From Moritella sp. JT01 (GTDB taxonomy: Bacteria > Pseudomonadota > Gammaproteobacteria > Enterobacterales > Moritellaceae), in assembly GCF_001574435.1 (NCBI RefSeq), contig NZ_LOCN01000001.1, positions 297,801 through 329,800 on the forward strand: a stretch of DNA of 32,000 nt, written 5' to 3'. The notes under the pieces are model-generated. The model saw only the letters and a program-made list of their open reading frames with translations, was not told where the DNA came from and searched no databases. Below are positions 6,926-17,285 of this stretch, piece after piece (position 1 is the first letter of the stretch; each line of letters begins with the position of its first letter). The translations under genes were made by a program, and so were the position numbers.

Positions 6926-8764
6926 ATGGACAGCGATCAAATGACAAAAAAATTAAATTCAAAAGCCCAACGTAAACGATTAAACCATTATGCAGGTTGG
7001 AAGTATGTGGTTCTAATCTGCACTGTCTTAATTATGCTATTAAGTGCGATCCCTACTTTATATGGTGAAAATCCGGCACTGCAAATTAACCATAAACAAG
7101 GTCAACAACCTGCTATTCACGTGCTTAAGCAGACACTAGAAGAAAGTAATATTGCGGTAACACGTATCGATCAAGACATGGATAAAACCACGATAGTGTT
7201 AACAGACTCTAGCACTCAAACACGTGCTAAGGCGATACTCGAAGCCATATTGCCTGCAAATGATGACATTACTTTAGCACTCGTTTCTGCCGCGCCGTCT
7301 TGGTTACAGAGTATGGGACTAAAGCCGATAAAATTAGGTTTGGATCTACGTGGCGGTGTGCAGTTCTTGCTAGATGTTGATATGGAACCGGTATTCAATA
7401 TCAGAGCACAGCAATTGGTAGATAACTTACGGGCTGATTTTCGTGAGGAAGGGTTTCGAGGTGTTCGAATTAGCATTAATCATAATAATAGTTTGCAACT
7501 GAACTTGCCCACCAATGAAGAAAAAGTCACATTATTGAAATTAATGCACAACAGCTATCCACAATGGAAAGTAACTCAGAGTTCGGGGTTATTGGTTGAG
7601 GTGAGTATTCCACAAGCTGAAAAGACCGACATCATTAACCTAACTGTGCAGCAGAATTTACAAACAATGCGCAGTCGTATCGCAGAGTTAGGTATTACTG
7701 AAGCGATGGTTCAGCGCCAAGGTGAGCATCGTATCCGTATTGAATTACCCGGTGTGCAAGATCCTGCGACGGCAAAAAACGTTATCGGCGCGACAGCCAG
7801 TCTTGCCTTTCATGAGCTTAAAAACACAAGCAATGGAAGTATGCTCGTGAATAATAATCAGGGGATGCCAATACGTATTGATCGTGATGCCATATTAGGT
7901 GGTGAACACATTATTGATGCGCGAGCCAGTGTTGGTGAAATGGGGGCAGCAGAAGTTAATATTACGTTAGATAACGCCGGTGGTAAAAAAATGTCGAGCT
8001 TTACCAAGCATAATATTGGCAAGCCGATGGCAACGCTCTATAGCGAGTACAGTCGTAACGCGGATGGTTCTACCAAAAAGACTAGCAACATTATTAGTGT
8101 CGCCACCATTCAAGCCCAGTTAGGCAGTCAATTTAGAATCACGGGTGCAGGTAGTATGGTTGATGCAAAAGAGCTTGCATTGTTGCTACGTGCGGGGTCG
8201 TTAACTGCACCAGTGACGATTGTTGAAGAAAGAACGATAGGTCCTTCACTGGGGGCCGAGAATATTCAAAATGGCTTCTCAGCATTAGCGCTCGGGCTAG
8301 GTTTAACCTTGGTATTTATGGCGCTGTGGTATCGTCGCCTAGGCTGGGTTGCGAATGTCGCACTCATTGCCAATATTATTATTTTATTTGGTTTATTGGC
8401 TCTGATCCCTGGTGCTGTCTTAACGCTACCGGGTATTGCAGGGTTAGTACTTACTGTTGGTATGGCCGTCGATACAAATGTACTGGTGTTTGAGCGTATT
8501 CGAGACAAATTACGAGAAGGACGTAGTTTTGCACAAGCTATTGATCGTGGTTTTGATAGTGCATTCGCTACGATTGTTGATGCCAATATCACCACCTTAA
8601 TTATTGCGGTTGTACTGTATTCGGTCGGTCGGGGACCTGTGCAAGGATTCGCTTTAACGCTGGGCTTAGGTATCTTAACCAGTATGTTTACAGGCATCTT
8701 GGTATCACGTGCATTAATTAATAAATTATGGGGTCGTGATACTCGTCATGACTTGAAGGTATAG
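6926..8764 (+). CDS. secD: protein translocase subunit SecD (paralog-2 type)
   Basis: MKLGLDLRGGVQFL-like (IKLGLDLRGGVQFLLDVDME), VVELPG-like, VGMAVDTNVLVFERIRD motifs; E. coli SecD-like length. Confidence 0.92.
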   Translation: MDSDQMTKKLNSKAQRKRLNHYAGWKYVVLICTVLIMLLSAIPTLYGENPALQINHKQGQQPAIHVLKQTLEESNIAVTRIDQDMDKTTIVLTDSSTQTRAKAILEAILPANDDITLALVSAAPSWLQSMGLKPIKLGLDLRGGVQFLLDVDMEPVFNIRAQQLVDNLRADFREEGFRGVRISINHNNSLQLNLPTNEEKVTLLKLMHNSYPQWKVTQSSGLLVEVSIPQAEKTDIINLTVQQNLQTMRSRIAELGITEAMVQRQGEHRIRIELPGVQDPATAKNVIGATASLAFHELKNTSNGSMLVNNNQGMPIRIDRDAILGGEHIIDARASVGEMGAAEVNITLDNAGGKKMSSFTKHNIGKPMATLYSEYSRNADGSTKKTSNIISVATIQAQLGSQFRITGAGSMVDAKELALLLRAGSLTAPVTIVEERTIGPSLGAENIQNGFSALALGLGLTLVFMALWYRRLGWVANVALIANIIILFGLLALIPGAVLTLPGIAGLVLTVGMAVDTNVLVFERIRDKLREGRSFAQAIDRGFDSAFATIVDANITTLIIAVVLYSVGRGPVQGFALTLGLGILTSMFTGILVSRALINKLWGRDTRHDLKV

Positions 8765-9684
8765 TGAATATGAACAAAAACAATAGAAATAAATACAGTA
8801 CATTACGTTATATCAGTAGTGCTATGTCAGTGGTTTTTATGCTTATCGCAATTGCATTTATTAGTATTAATGGACTGAACTGGGGCTTGGACTTCACTGG
8901 TGGCGTTATCACCGAAGTGCAGCTTGATCCAAGCATTACAATGAGTGAGATCTCACCATTATTACAGTCAGTACTTAATCAAAATGTCAGTGTGATTGAA
9001 GGGGGAGAACTTGGCCGCTGGATCTTACGTTATGCTGAGCCTGCTGCAGGCATGAGTATTCCGGATATTACGCAGGTACTCGCGCCATTGGCAACCAATA
9101 TTCAAGTATTAAACACCAGTATTGTTGGCTCTCAAATCGGTCAAGAGTTAGCGGAGCAAGGTGGTCTTGCACTCTTAGTGTCTATGCTGTGTATCATGGC
9201 GTATTTAAGCTATCGTTTTGAATGGCGTTTGGCGTCGGGTGCATTATTTGCCTTAATACACGATGTGTTATTTGTACTCGGGGTATTTGCTGCGCTGCAA
9301 CTTGAGTTTAACCTGACGGTATTTGCGGCGATATTGGCGATTATTGGGTATTCATTGAATGATTCTATTATTATTGGGGATCGTATCCGCGAGTTACTTA
9401 TTCTTAAGCCAACCTTAGCGATAGCTGATGTGAATAATGAAGCGATTGCGGCAACGTTCTCTCGCACTATGGTGACATCGGGTACCACCTTAATGACAGT
9501 TTCGGCATTATGGTTACTTGGCGGAGGACCTTTGAACGGATTCTCTACTGCGATGTTCATTGGTTTAATTGTCGGCACATGGTCATCGATTGCTGTTGCG
9601 ACGACTTTACCTGAATGTTGGGGCTTAAATGCCAAACATTATCAGGTTGTTGAGCGAGAGGATCGATTTAGCGAAGGCTTGTAA
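8764..9684 (+). CDS. secF: protein translocase subunit SecF
   Basis: GLDFTGGVITEVQ, GYSLNDSIIIGDRIRE motifs; overlaps secD stop by 1 nt; GTG start (ATG 8770 possible). Confidence 0.92.
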   Translation: MNMNKNNRNKYSTLRYISSAMSVVFMLIAIAFISINGLNWGLDFTGGVITEVQLDPSITMSEISPLLQSVLNQNVSVIEGGELGRWILRYAEPAAGMSIPDITQVLAPLATNIQVLNTSIVGSQIGQELAEQGGLALLVSMLCIMAYLSYRFEWRLASGALFALIHDVLFVLGVFAALQLEFNLTVFAAILAIIGYSLNDSIIIGDRIRELLILKPTLAIADVNNEAIAATFSRTMVTSGTTLMTVSALWLLGGGPLNGFSTAMFIGLIVGTWSSIAVATTLPECWGLNAKHYQVVEREDRFSEGL

Positions 9685-9705
9685 GTTTCAGATTGTTGCT
9701 AATTT

Positions 9706-9740
9706 AAGCGCGTGGGTTTGGCTAATAGCCCCGCGCTTAT
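9706..9740 (+). terminator. possible terminator/stem-loop after secF
   Basis: AAGCGCG-T-GGG...CCCCGCGCTT with only a weak T-rich tail. Confidence 0.35.
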
Positions 9741-9956
9741 TTATGATCAGCGGATCTATCTGTAGATATTGTGATATAGCACAGACTATTTTTATCCTAA
9801 TATCTAATTAACTCATCCGACTATTTCATCTTTATTTAGGAATGTGTACTATAGCGATGTCAATTAATTGGCGGAGGTTAATTTTTGACACACTTTAGCT
9901 GTAGTTAAAGTGATTTAATTATTTTAAGTTTAAGCAAGGTTAGCGCAGGCTGTAAT

Positions 9957-11423
9957 ATGGATACTACTGAGTCAGTTTTTGTAATTGATGAGAATATTGA
10001 ACGCAGAAAAAATTTAGAAACAATCTTGTCCTTTCTTGGTGAAAGTTGGCAGAGTTATGATTCCCATATCAATATTAATGCGAAGATCGATCTTGCTGCC
10101 AATAGTGTTATCGTTTCTTCAGATAATTACTCAGAAAAGGAATTATCTGCATTACTTGATGCTAACCCAATGAATCCGTTTTTGACTTTTGGTGTACAAA
10201 GCACTGCATCAGAGGAAGGTAATTTAATTGGTCATATCGAGCTGCCTTTATCTTATCAACAACTGACACTCTTACTTGGACGTTGCCAATCTTATCGCCA
10301 ATGTGTGGCGAGTAAGTTAGGACAATCAGCATCCGCGTCAAAAGCATTAATTAAGCAGTTGGTTGGTCGTGGTGATGCGATCCAAAGTGTCCGTCATTTG
10401 ATCACGCAAGTGGCGAAAAAAAGCGCGAATGTTTTAGTGTTGGGTGAATCCGGCACGGGTAAAGAAGTGATTGCCCGTTCAATCCATGATGCATCATCAC
10501 GTAACAATGGTCCATTTGTCCCTATTAACTGTGGTGCTATTCCGGCTGAATTATTAGAAAGTGAATTATTCGGTCATGAAAAAGGTGCATTTACCGGCGC
10601 GTTTTCAGCCCGTAAAGGACGTTTTGAACTGGCCTGTGGTGGTACTTTATTTCTTGATGAAATCGGTGATATGCCACAGCCAATGCAAGTGAAATTATTA
10701 CGTGTTTTACAAGAACGTGTTTTTGAACGCGTGGGTGGCAGTAAAGCAATTAAAGCTGATGTCAGGATTATTGCGGCAACACACCGTAATTTAGAAAAAA
10801 TGATCCTTGATGGTGAATTCCGTGAAGATCTCTATTACCGTTTAAATGTATTTCCAATTGAAAGCCCTGCATTACGTGAGCGCCCAGATGATATCCCATT
10901 ATTGATCCAAGAGTTATTACGTCGACACGAAGCAGAGCATGATGCGACAATCTTATTTACGCAACGGGCAATGGAATCGTTAATGCAACATTCATGGCCC
11001 GGTAATGTACGTGAGCTATCGAATTTGATCGAACGTTTACTTATCATGACGGCTGGTAATATTGTTGATATTGGTGAGCTACCTGCTAAATATCGTTATA
11101 ACGATGATGGTGAAAGTCAGATTGTGAGTTCAGAATTACCGAGTGAATTAGCAGAGCGTGACGCTATTTCGGCTATGTTTAATGATGATATTTTTGCCGA
11201 TGTAGAAGAATCACAAGAAGATGGTTTCTTCTCGATGCCAAATAGTTTGCCTGAAACGGGTGTGAATCTTAAAGAGATGCTGGCTGAATTCGAAATTGAC
11301 ATGATCAAACAAGCCCTCGATCAACAAGCGCACGTTGTCGCCAGAGCGGCGGATCAACTTGGCATGCGTAGAACGACACTGGTTGAAAAAATGCGTAAGT
11401 ATGGATTACAGAAAGAAGCTTAA
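9957..11423 (+). CDS. flrA: sigma54-dependent master flagellar regulator FlrA/FleQ
   Basis: [34 protein letters not shown]+ domain, Fis-type HTH; divergent N-terminal FleQ-type domain; first gene of the flagellar regulatory block. Confidence 0.93.
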   Translation: MDTTESVFVIDENIERRKNLETILSFLGESWQSYDSHININAKIDLAANSVIVSSDNYSEKELSALLDANPMNPFLTFGVQSTASEEGNLIGHIELPLSYQQLTLLLGRCQSYRQCVASKLGQSASASKALIKQLVGRGDAIQSVRHLITQVAKKSANVLVLGESGTGKEVIARSIHDASSRNNGPFVPINCGAIPAELLESELFGHEKGAFTGAFSARKGRFELACGGTLFLDEIGDMPQPMQVKLLRVLQERVFERVGGSKAIKADVRIIAATHRNLEKMILDGEFREDLYYRLNVFPIESPALRERPDDIPLLIQELLRRHEAEHDATILFTQRAMESLMQHSWPGNVRELSNLIERLLIMTAGNIVDIGELPAKYRYNDDGESQIVSSELPSELAERDAISAMFNDDIFADVEESQEDGFFSMPNSLPETGVNLKEMLAEFEIDMIKQALDQQAHVVARAADQLGMRRTTLVEKMRKYGLQKEA

Positions 11424-11472
11424 ATAAATGTAACCAAGCGTAAATTTACTTATCATTGATAAAAAACGAGAA

Positions 11473-11497
11473 AGCTCAACATAATGTTGGGCTTTTT
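11473..11497 (+). terminator. terminator after flrA
   Basis: AGCTCAAC-ATAAT-GTTGGGCTTTTT. Confidence 0.8.
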
Positions 11498-11533
11498 GTG
11501 TTTAAAACCAGGTGGTTACATTGTTTGAATTGT

Positions 11534-11549
11534 TGGCACACTAAATGCA
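11534..11549 (+). promoter_or_regulatory. sigma54 promoter of flrBC
   Basis: TGGCACACTAAATGCA vs consensus TGGCAYGNNNNTTGCW; 39 nt before flrB. Confidence 0.75.
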
Positions 11550-11587
11550 TTGTTAGGTGTGAGTCAATTTTTTAGCGGAGTGCTACC

Positions 11588-12643
11588 ATGGTACAAGAAT
11601 CTTATCCCGGCGAATTAGCAGAACTACGAGCGCACAAAGATCGTAGTGAAAAGTTAGTAGAAGCATTGCCGTCAGGGTTGGTTATTCTTGATGGCAACGG
11701 TATTGTCATTGAAGTCAATAAAGTTGCCGTGCAATTACTTGGCGAGCCATTGATCGATTCACGTTGGATGGATGTGATTCAACGTGCGTTTACCCCTAAA
11801 GAAGATGACGGACATGAAATATCATTAAAGAATGGCTGTAAAGTTCAACTTTCGATCACGACACTTGGCACGCAACCTGGTCAGTTAATCATGTTGACAG
11901 ACTTAACGTATACACGTCATTTACAAGAGCGTGTCAGTCATATGAAACAGTTGTCGTCGTTGGGACGAATGGTAGCGTCATTAGCACACCAGATCCGCAC
12001 GCCATTATCAGCGGCATTATTATACGGCTCTAATCTTGCTAACCCGAATCTCCCGCCAGCATCAAAGAAACGTTTTCAAAGTAAACTGATTCAACGGCTT
12101 AATGATTTGGAAAACCAAGTTAATGACATGCTGCTATTTGCACGCACGGGCAAAGATTTAGTGGTTGAAGAGATTTCACTGCAGAACTTATTAGTGCAAG
12201 TGCAAGCGGGCAGCGAAGCTATGATGTTGCAGACTGGTAGCAACATGGACGTGACACTACCCGAACCCGATTTATTAATTTTAGCTAATCGCAATGCATT
12301 ATCTAGCGCGATTGGTAATTTGATACAAAATGCATTACACGCTTGCGGTCAAGGGGCTAACCTCGCTATTTCTGCCGTCCGATCCGGTGACGACAAAGTC
12401 GCAATTGTGGTATCTGATGATGGTCCTGGGATCTCAAAACTCATGCAAGTAAAAATTTTAGAACCTTTCTTTACCACCAAATCACAGGGCACGGGTCTTG
12501 GCCTCGCCGTTGTACAAAGTGTGGTAAAAGCACACCATGGCAGTTTAGAGTTAGACTCAACTGTCGGTGAAGGCAGTCGTTTTAGTATAATCGTACCGCT
12601 ACATCGCGTAGCAGAACCTCAACCAATGGTAATAGGTGGATAA
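11588..12643 (+). CDS. flrB: flagellar sensor histidine kinase FlrB
   Basis: PAS plus HisKA (MVASLAHQIRTPLSAALLYG) plus HATPase (DDGPGISKLMQVKILEPFFTTKSQGTGLGLAVVQSVVKAHHG). Confidence 0.92.
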   Translation: MVQESYPGELAELRAHKDRSEKLVEALPSGLVILDGNGIVIEVNKVAVQLLGEPLIDSRWMDVIQRAFTPKEDDGHEISLKNGCKVQLSITTLGTQPGQLIMLTDLTYTRHLQERVSHMKQLSSLGRMVASLAHQIRTPLSAALLYGSNLANPNLPPASKKRFQSKLIQRLNDLENQVNDMLLFARTGKDLVVEEISLQNLLVQVQAGSEAMMLQTGSNMDVTLPEPDLLILANRNALSSAIGNLIQNALHACGQGANLAISAVRSGDDKVAIVVSDDGPGISKLMQVKILEPFFTTKSQGTGLGLAVVQSVVKAHHGSLELDSTVGEGSRFSIIVPLHRVAEPQPMVIGG

Positions 12644-14039
12644 CAGTATGTCCCATTCTCAAATTCTTGTAGTTGAAGATGATTTAGGTCTTCGTGAAGC
12701 CTTGGTTGATACCTTATTAATGGCTGGTTATGAATGCGATGAAGTTGATAGCGGTGAAAGCGCACTGATTGCATTAGGTAAAAAACCCTATGATATGGTC
12801 GTGAGTGATATCCAAATGGGTGGCATGACGGGATTAACTTTACTGCATAATATTAAACAAAAATACCCCGATTTACCGGTATTGTTAATGACGGCCTATG
12901 CCAAAGTAGATGATGCGGTAACGGCAATGCGTAATGGTGCTGTTGACTACATTGGTAAACCTTTCTCTCCAGAAGTATTGATTAATCAGGTTGGTCGTTA
13001 TGTACCACCACAAAAAATAGCTAAGCGCACACCTTGTTACGGTGATGAGAAAACAGAGCAACTATTAAGTTTGGCGCGTAAAGTGGCCAAATCAGATGCA
13101 ACCGTCATGGTGACAGGCCCAAGTGGAACGGGTAAAGAAGTGCTATCACGTTATATTCATGATAATTCGCTGCGTTATGACGGTCCATTTGTGGCGATTA
13201 ACTGTGCGGCGATCCCAGATAATATGTTAGAAGCAACACTGTTTGGTTATGAAAAAGGCGCATTTACTGGCGCGATACAAGCATGCCCAGGGAAATTTGA
13301 GCAAGCACAAAACGGTACCATTTTACTGGATGAAATCTCGGAAATGGATTTATCGCTGCAAGTTAAATTATTACGGGTATTGCAAGAGCGTGAAGTTGAG
13401 CGCTTAGGTAGCCGTAAAACCATTAAACTTAATATACGCATCATTGCTACCAGTAACCGTAATATGAAACAAGCTGTCGCGAATGGTGATTTCAGAGAAG
13501 ATTTATATTATCGCTTAAATGTATTCCCATTAGCTTGGTTACCGTTAACTGAGCGTAAAGGTGATATTTTACCGATAGCAGAGCATTTATTAAAATCACA
13601 CTGTAAGCAAAATAATATTCCAACACTAGAGTTACTTAACTGCGCGAAGGCGAAGTTACAGATTTATCATTGGCCGGGTAATGTACGTGAATTGGACAAC
13701 GTGATCCAACGCGCGATGATTTTAGCGGTTGATGGAAAAATAAAAGATGCAGATCTTATTTTAGAAGATTTTACAGCCGCAGATTTACAAGTAATAGTAC
13801 CGATTGGTCAAGCGCCAAAGCTGAATATTAAAGCAGAAATCCCTATGCGCCGCATTAATTTACCCAATGAGCCTTTAGGTAACGAATTACGTCAACAAGA
13901 GTATCAAATTATTTTGGAAACGTTGATCGGCTGTAATGGCGTGCGTAAAAACGTTTCAGAGACATTGGGTATCAGTCCACGTACATTGCGCTATAAATTA
14001 GCAAAAATGCGAGAACAAGGCATCGAAATCCCTGCATAA
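12636..14039 (+). CDS. flrC: sigma54-dependent flagellar response regulator FlrC
   Basis: receiver DMVVSDIQMGGMTG, AAA+ GPSGTGKEVLSRYIHD and GAFTGA, C-terminal Fis HTH; 8-nt overlap with flrB. Confidence 0.93.
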   Translation: MDNSMSHSQILVVEDDLGLREALVDTLLMAGYECDEVDSGESALIALGKKPYDMVVSDIQMGGMTGLTLLHNIKQKYPDLPVLLMTAYAKVDDAVTAMRNGAVDYIGKPFSPEVLINQVGRYVPPQKIAKRTPCYGDEKTEQLLSLARKVAKSDATVMVTGPSGTGKEVLSRYIHDNSLRYDGPFVAINCAAIPDNMLEATLFGYEKGAFTGAIQACPGKFEQAQNGTILLDEISEMDLSLQVKLLRVLQEREVERLGSRKTIKLNIRIIATSNRNMKQAVANGDFREDLYYRLNVFPLAWLPLTERKGDILPIAEHLLKSHCKQNNIPTLELLNCAKAKLQIYHWPGNVRELDNVIQRAMILAVDGKIKDADLILEDFTAADLQVIVPIGQAPKLNIKAEIPMRRINLPNEPLGNELRQQEYQIILETLIGCNGVRKNVSETLGISPRTLRYKLAKMREQGIEIPA

Positions 14040-14069
14040 CTATTTATAAAAAACAATCGTTATAAAAAA

Positions 14070-14101
14070 GGCCGTAATCAATTGAAATTACGGCTTTTTT
14101 T
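14070..14101 (+). terminator. terminator after flrC
   Basis: GCCGTAATC...AAATTACGGC followed by TTTTTTT. Confidence 0.85.
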
Positions 14102-14103
14102 GT

Positions 14104-14119
14104 TGGCATGTTAATTGCT
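14104..14119 (+). promoter_or_regulatory. sigma54 promoter of fliE operon
   Basis: TGGCATGTTAATTGCT, full consensus match; 42 nt before fliE. Confidence 0.88.
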
Positions 14120-14160
14120 AAATTCAAGGTAGGTCAAAAATATGACAATGAGGATAACCA

Positions 14161-14490
14161 ATGAATATCGCAGCCAATAATCTTTACTCTGAAATGCAAA
14201 GCATGTCGTTACAGGCGACTAAATTTGAAGCAGATCCTACCGCGATAAAAGTGCCAACCACAACATCAGCCAATTTTGGTGATATGTTGCAGCAAGCAAT
14301 GGATAGTGTGAACGGATTACAGCAAAATACTGGCGATTTACGCACCCGTTTCGATCAAGGTGATCGCAGTGTGTCCCTAAGTGATGTTATGATAGCATCG
14401 CAAAAATCGGGGATAGCATTCGATGCTACGGTACAGGTTCGTAACAAATTGATCGAATCTTATAAAGAAATAATGAGTATGCCTGTTTAA
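14161..14490 (+). CDS. fliE: flagellar hook-basal body protein FliE
   Basis: FGDMLQQAMDSVNGLQQNTGDLRTRFDQGDRSVSLSDVMIASQKSGIAFDATVQVRNKLIESYKEIMSMPV. Confidence 0.95.
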   Translation: MNIAANNLYSEMQSMSLQATKFEADPTAIKVPTTTSANFGDMLQQAMDSVNGLQQNTGDLRTRFDQGDRSVSLSDVMIASQKSGIAFDATVQVRNKLIESYKEIMSMPV

Positions 14491-14512
14491 TCTCGGGTAA
14501 AGGAGTAACTCT

Positions 14513-16222
14513 GTGGCTGACATAGCTTCAAATACAGGTATCGTAAGTAATGACGATATGGGTAATGATTTAGCGCAATTAGATGAGAATGAGCAAAAAA
14601 GCTCAGCATTTGGTTTTTTTACTAATGCCGATATCTTACGTCAAATCATTCTAATCTTAGCATTAGCGATCTCGTTAACCTTAGTGGTATTTATTTTACT
14701 CTGGGGAAAAGATCCTGAAATGCGTCCTTTAGGCATGTATCAAACAGCTGAACTCATTGAAACCCTCGAATTTTTAGACCAACAGAAAATAGAATATAAA
14801 ATTAATGGTGATACGGTCTCTGTTCCTGCTGAGCAGTATCAAGACATTAAATTACGATTACGTCGTTCAGGACTCGTCACTGCTGAATTACAAGGTGACG
14901 ATATTTTGATGAAAGATATGGGCTTTGGTGTCAGTCAGCGTGTCGAACAAGAACGTTTAAAACTGGGTCGTGAACGTCAAATATCACGGGCATTAACAGA
15001 ATTTAAACATGTATCAAAGGCACAAGTATTATTAGCAATCCCAAAAGAGAATGTGTTTGCTAAGCGTGATAAGAAACCCAGCGCAACAGTCGTATTGACG
15101 GTACGTAACAGCAGCGCAATCTCACAAGAAAATATTGATGCTATGGTGCAATTGGTTGCTTCTGCTGTTCAAGGCTTAGAGCCAACCCGCGTGACCTTGA
15201 CTGATCAAAATGGCCGTTTATTGAACTCGGGCAGTCAAGACATGATGGCAGTAAAAGGCCGACGTGAATTTGAAATGGTAAAAAATCATGAACGTGAGTA
15301 CCGAGAAAAAATAGATTCTATACTTATCCCTATCTTAGGTGTCAGTAATTATACCGCTGAAGTTGATGTATCAATGGACTTTAGTGTGACAGAGCAAACA
15401 CAAAAACGTTTTAATCCCGATTTACCTGCAATACGCAGTGAAATGTTATTGGAGCGTCAATCGATCGGTAATGCTAGTCAAGGTATTCCGGGTGCATTAA
15501 CCAATCAACCACCATTAGACGCGGATATACCTGAAGAGGCCGCTGGAGACAATGTCGCTGCTCGTCCTATTGGCCAATCTCAAAAAGAATCAACGCGAAA
15601 TTATGAACTTGATACAACGATCAGTCACACTAAATCACAAACTGGTATTATTCAGCGCTTAAGTGTGTCTGTTGCGATAGATTACATTAATAGTACGGGT
15701 GCAGATGGAACATTGGTGAGAGAACCTCGTAGTCAAGCTGAACTCGCCAATATTCGTCGTGTCTTACAAGGTGGTGTGGGCTTTAATGTTAACCGAGGTG
15801 ATGTTCTTGAGGTTGTTTCAATCCCATTTCATCGTCCTGAATTGGCTGCGATGGCTGAACTTCCAATTTGGGAAGAAGAATGGTTTTGGCGTGCCGTACG
15901 TATTGCAGCTAGCCTAATCGTGATTGTGATATTAATCATGGCCATTATTCGTCCTATGATTAAACGCTTAATTAACAATGAACCTGAAGAAAAACTAGAA
16001 GATTTAGACTTAGGTATCAGTGCGATTGAAAATGACGAAGATATGCAATTGCTTACTGCCGATACCGATGTTGATACCGACTTTGCAATGCGCAGTGGTC
16101 ATTTACAGTTACCTAACTTACACAAAGATGAAGACTTGCTCGAAGCGGTTCGTGCACTGGTTGCTAACGAACCTGACTTAACTGCATTAGTAATTAAAGA
16201 ATGGATGATAGAAGATGCCTGA
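14513..16222 (+). CDS. fliF: flagellar MS-ring protein FliF
   Basis: YRIG-type ring domains, GFNVNRGDVLEVVSIPF, two TM segments; GTG start. Confidence 0.95.
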   Translation: MADIASNTGIVSNDDMGNDLAQLDENEQKSSAFGFFTNADILRQIILILALAISLTLVVFILLWGKDPEMRPLGMYQTAELIETLEFLDQQKIEYKINGDTVSVPAEQYQDIKLRLRRSGLVTAELQGDDILMKDMGFGVSQRVEQERLKLGRERQISRALTEFKHVSKAQVLLAIPKENVFAKRDKKPSATVVLTVRNSSAISQENIDAMVQLVASAVQGLEPTRVTLTDQNGRLLNSGSQDMMAVKGRREFEMVKNHEREYREKIDSILIPILGVSNYTAEVDVSMDFSVTEQTQKRFNPDLPAIRSEMLLERQSIGNASQGIPGALTNQPPLDADIPEEAAGDNVAARPIGQSQKESTRNYELDTTISHTKSQTGIIQRLSVSVAIDYINSTGADGTLVREPRSQAELANIRRVLQGGVGFNVNRGDVLEVVSIPFHRPELAAMAELPIWEEEWFWRAVRIAASLIVIVILIMAIIRPMIKRLINNEPEEKLEDLDLGISAIENDEDMQLLTADTDVDTDFAMRSGHLQLPNLHKDEDLLEAVRALVANEPDLTALVIKEWMIEDA

Positions 16223-17258
16223 TTCTAATAAACAAGTAGCCACAACGCCAAAGTTTGATGCAACGACCTTAACAGGTATTGAGCGCTCTGCGATCCTAAT
16301 GTTGAGTTTAAATGAAGCCGATGCTGCCACTATTTTTCGCCAGCTAGAGCCGAAACAAGTACAGCGCCTTGGTATGGCAATGGCATCAATGAAAGATTTT
16401 TCTCAGGTTAAAGTAGCAGGTGTACACCGTGCGTTCATTGATGACATTCAAAAGTTCACTAATATTGGCGTGGGCAGTGAAGACTTCGTTCGAAATGCAT
16501 TAACAGCTGCGCTGGGTGCTGACAAAGCCGGTAATCTGGTTGATCAAATTATCATGGGTAGTGGCGCTAAAGGTCTCGATTCATTGAAATGGATGGATGC
16601 ACGTCAGGTGGCTAGTATTATCCATAATGAGCATCCGCAGATCCAAACTATTGTATTATCTTATTTAGAACCAGAGCAGTCAGCTGAAATTTTATCGCAG
16701 TTCCCAGATAAAGTACGTATCGATTTAATGATGCGTATTGCTAATTTAGAAGAAGTACAGCCAGCCGCACTGCATGAATTAAACGAGATCATGGAGAAAC
16801 AGTTTGCTGGTCAATCTGGCGCTCAAGCCGCGAAGATGGGTGGCCTGAAAGCGGCCGCCAATATTATGAATTACCTCGATACCAATATCGAAGGCCAATT
16901 AATGGATGCTATTCGTGAGTCTGACGAAGAGATCAGTCAGCAGATCCAAGACCTTATGTTTGTGTTTGAAAATCTGATTGATGTGGATGACCGTGGTATT
17001 CAAGCATTACTGCGTGAAGTGGCACAAGAGCAATTACAAAAAGCACTTAAAGGTGCTGACGATCAGCTTAAAGATAAGATCTTTAAGAATATGTCGAAAC
17101 GTCAAGTTGAAATTCTGGAAGATGATCTGGAAGCGATGGGACCAATTCGTGTTAGCGAAGTGGAATCTGCGCAGAAAGAGATCTTATCAATCGCGCGTCG
17201 CTTAGCGGATAGTGGTGAAATTATGCTGGGTGGAGGTGGTGGTGATGATTTCTTATAA
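16215..17258 (+). CDS. fliG: flagellar motor switch protein FliG
   Basis: GIERSAILMLSLNEADAATIFRQLEPKQVQRLG, MFVFENLIDVDDRGIQALLREV. Confidence 0.96.
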   Translation: MPDSNKQVATTPKFDATTLTGIERSAILMLSLNEADAATIFRQLEPKQVQRLGMAMASMKDFSQVKVAGVHRAFIDDIQKFTNIGVGSEDFVRNALTAALGADKAGNLVDQIIMGSGAKGLDSLKWMDARQVASIIHNEHPQIQTIVLSYLEPEQSAEILSQFPDKVRIDLMMRIANLEEVQPAALHELNEIMEKQFAGQSGAQAAKMGGLKAAANIMNYLDTNIEGQLMDAIRESDEEISQQIQDLMFVFENLIDVDDRGIQALLREVAQEQLQKALKGADDQLKDKIFKNMSKRQVEILEDDLEAMGPIRVSEVESAQKEILSIARRLADSGEIMLGGGGGDDFL

Positions 17259-17285
17259 TAACATGATTATTAATGGTAAATTATC

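Noticed and set aside
16978-17205. 75-aa plus-strand ORF inside fliG
   Set aside because: Out-of-frame overlap with the well-conserved C-terminal coding region of fliG.
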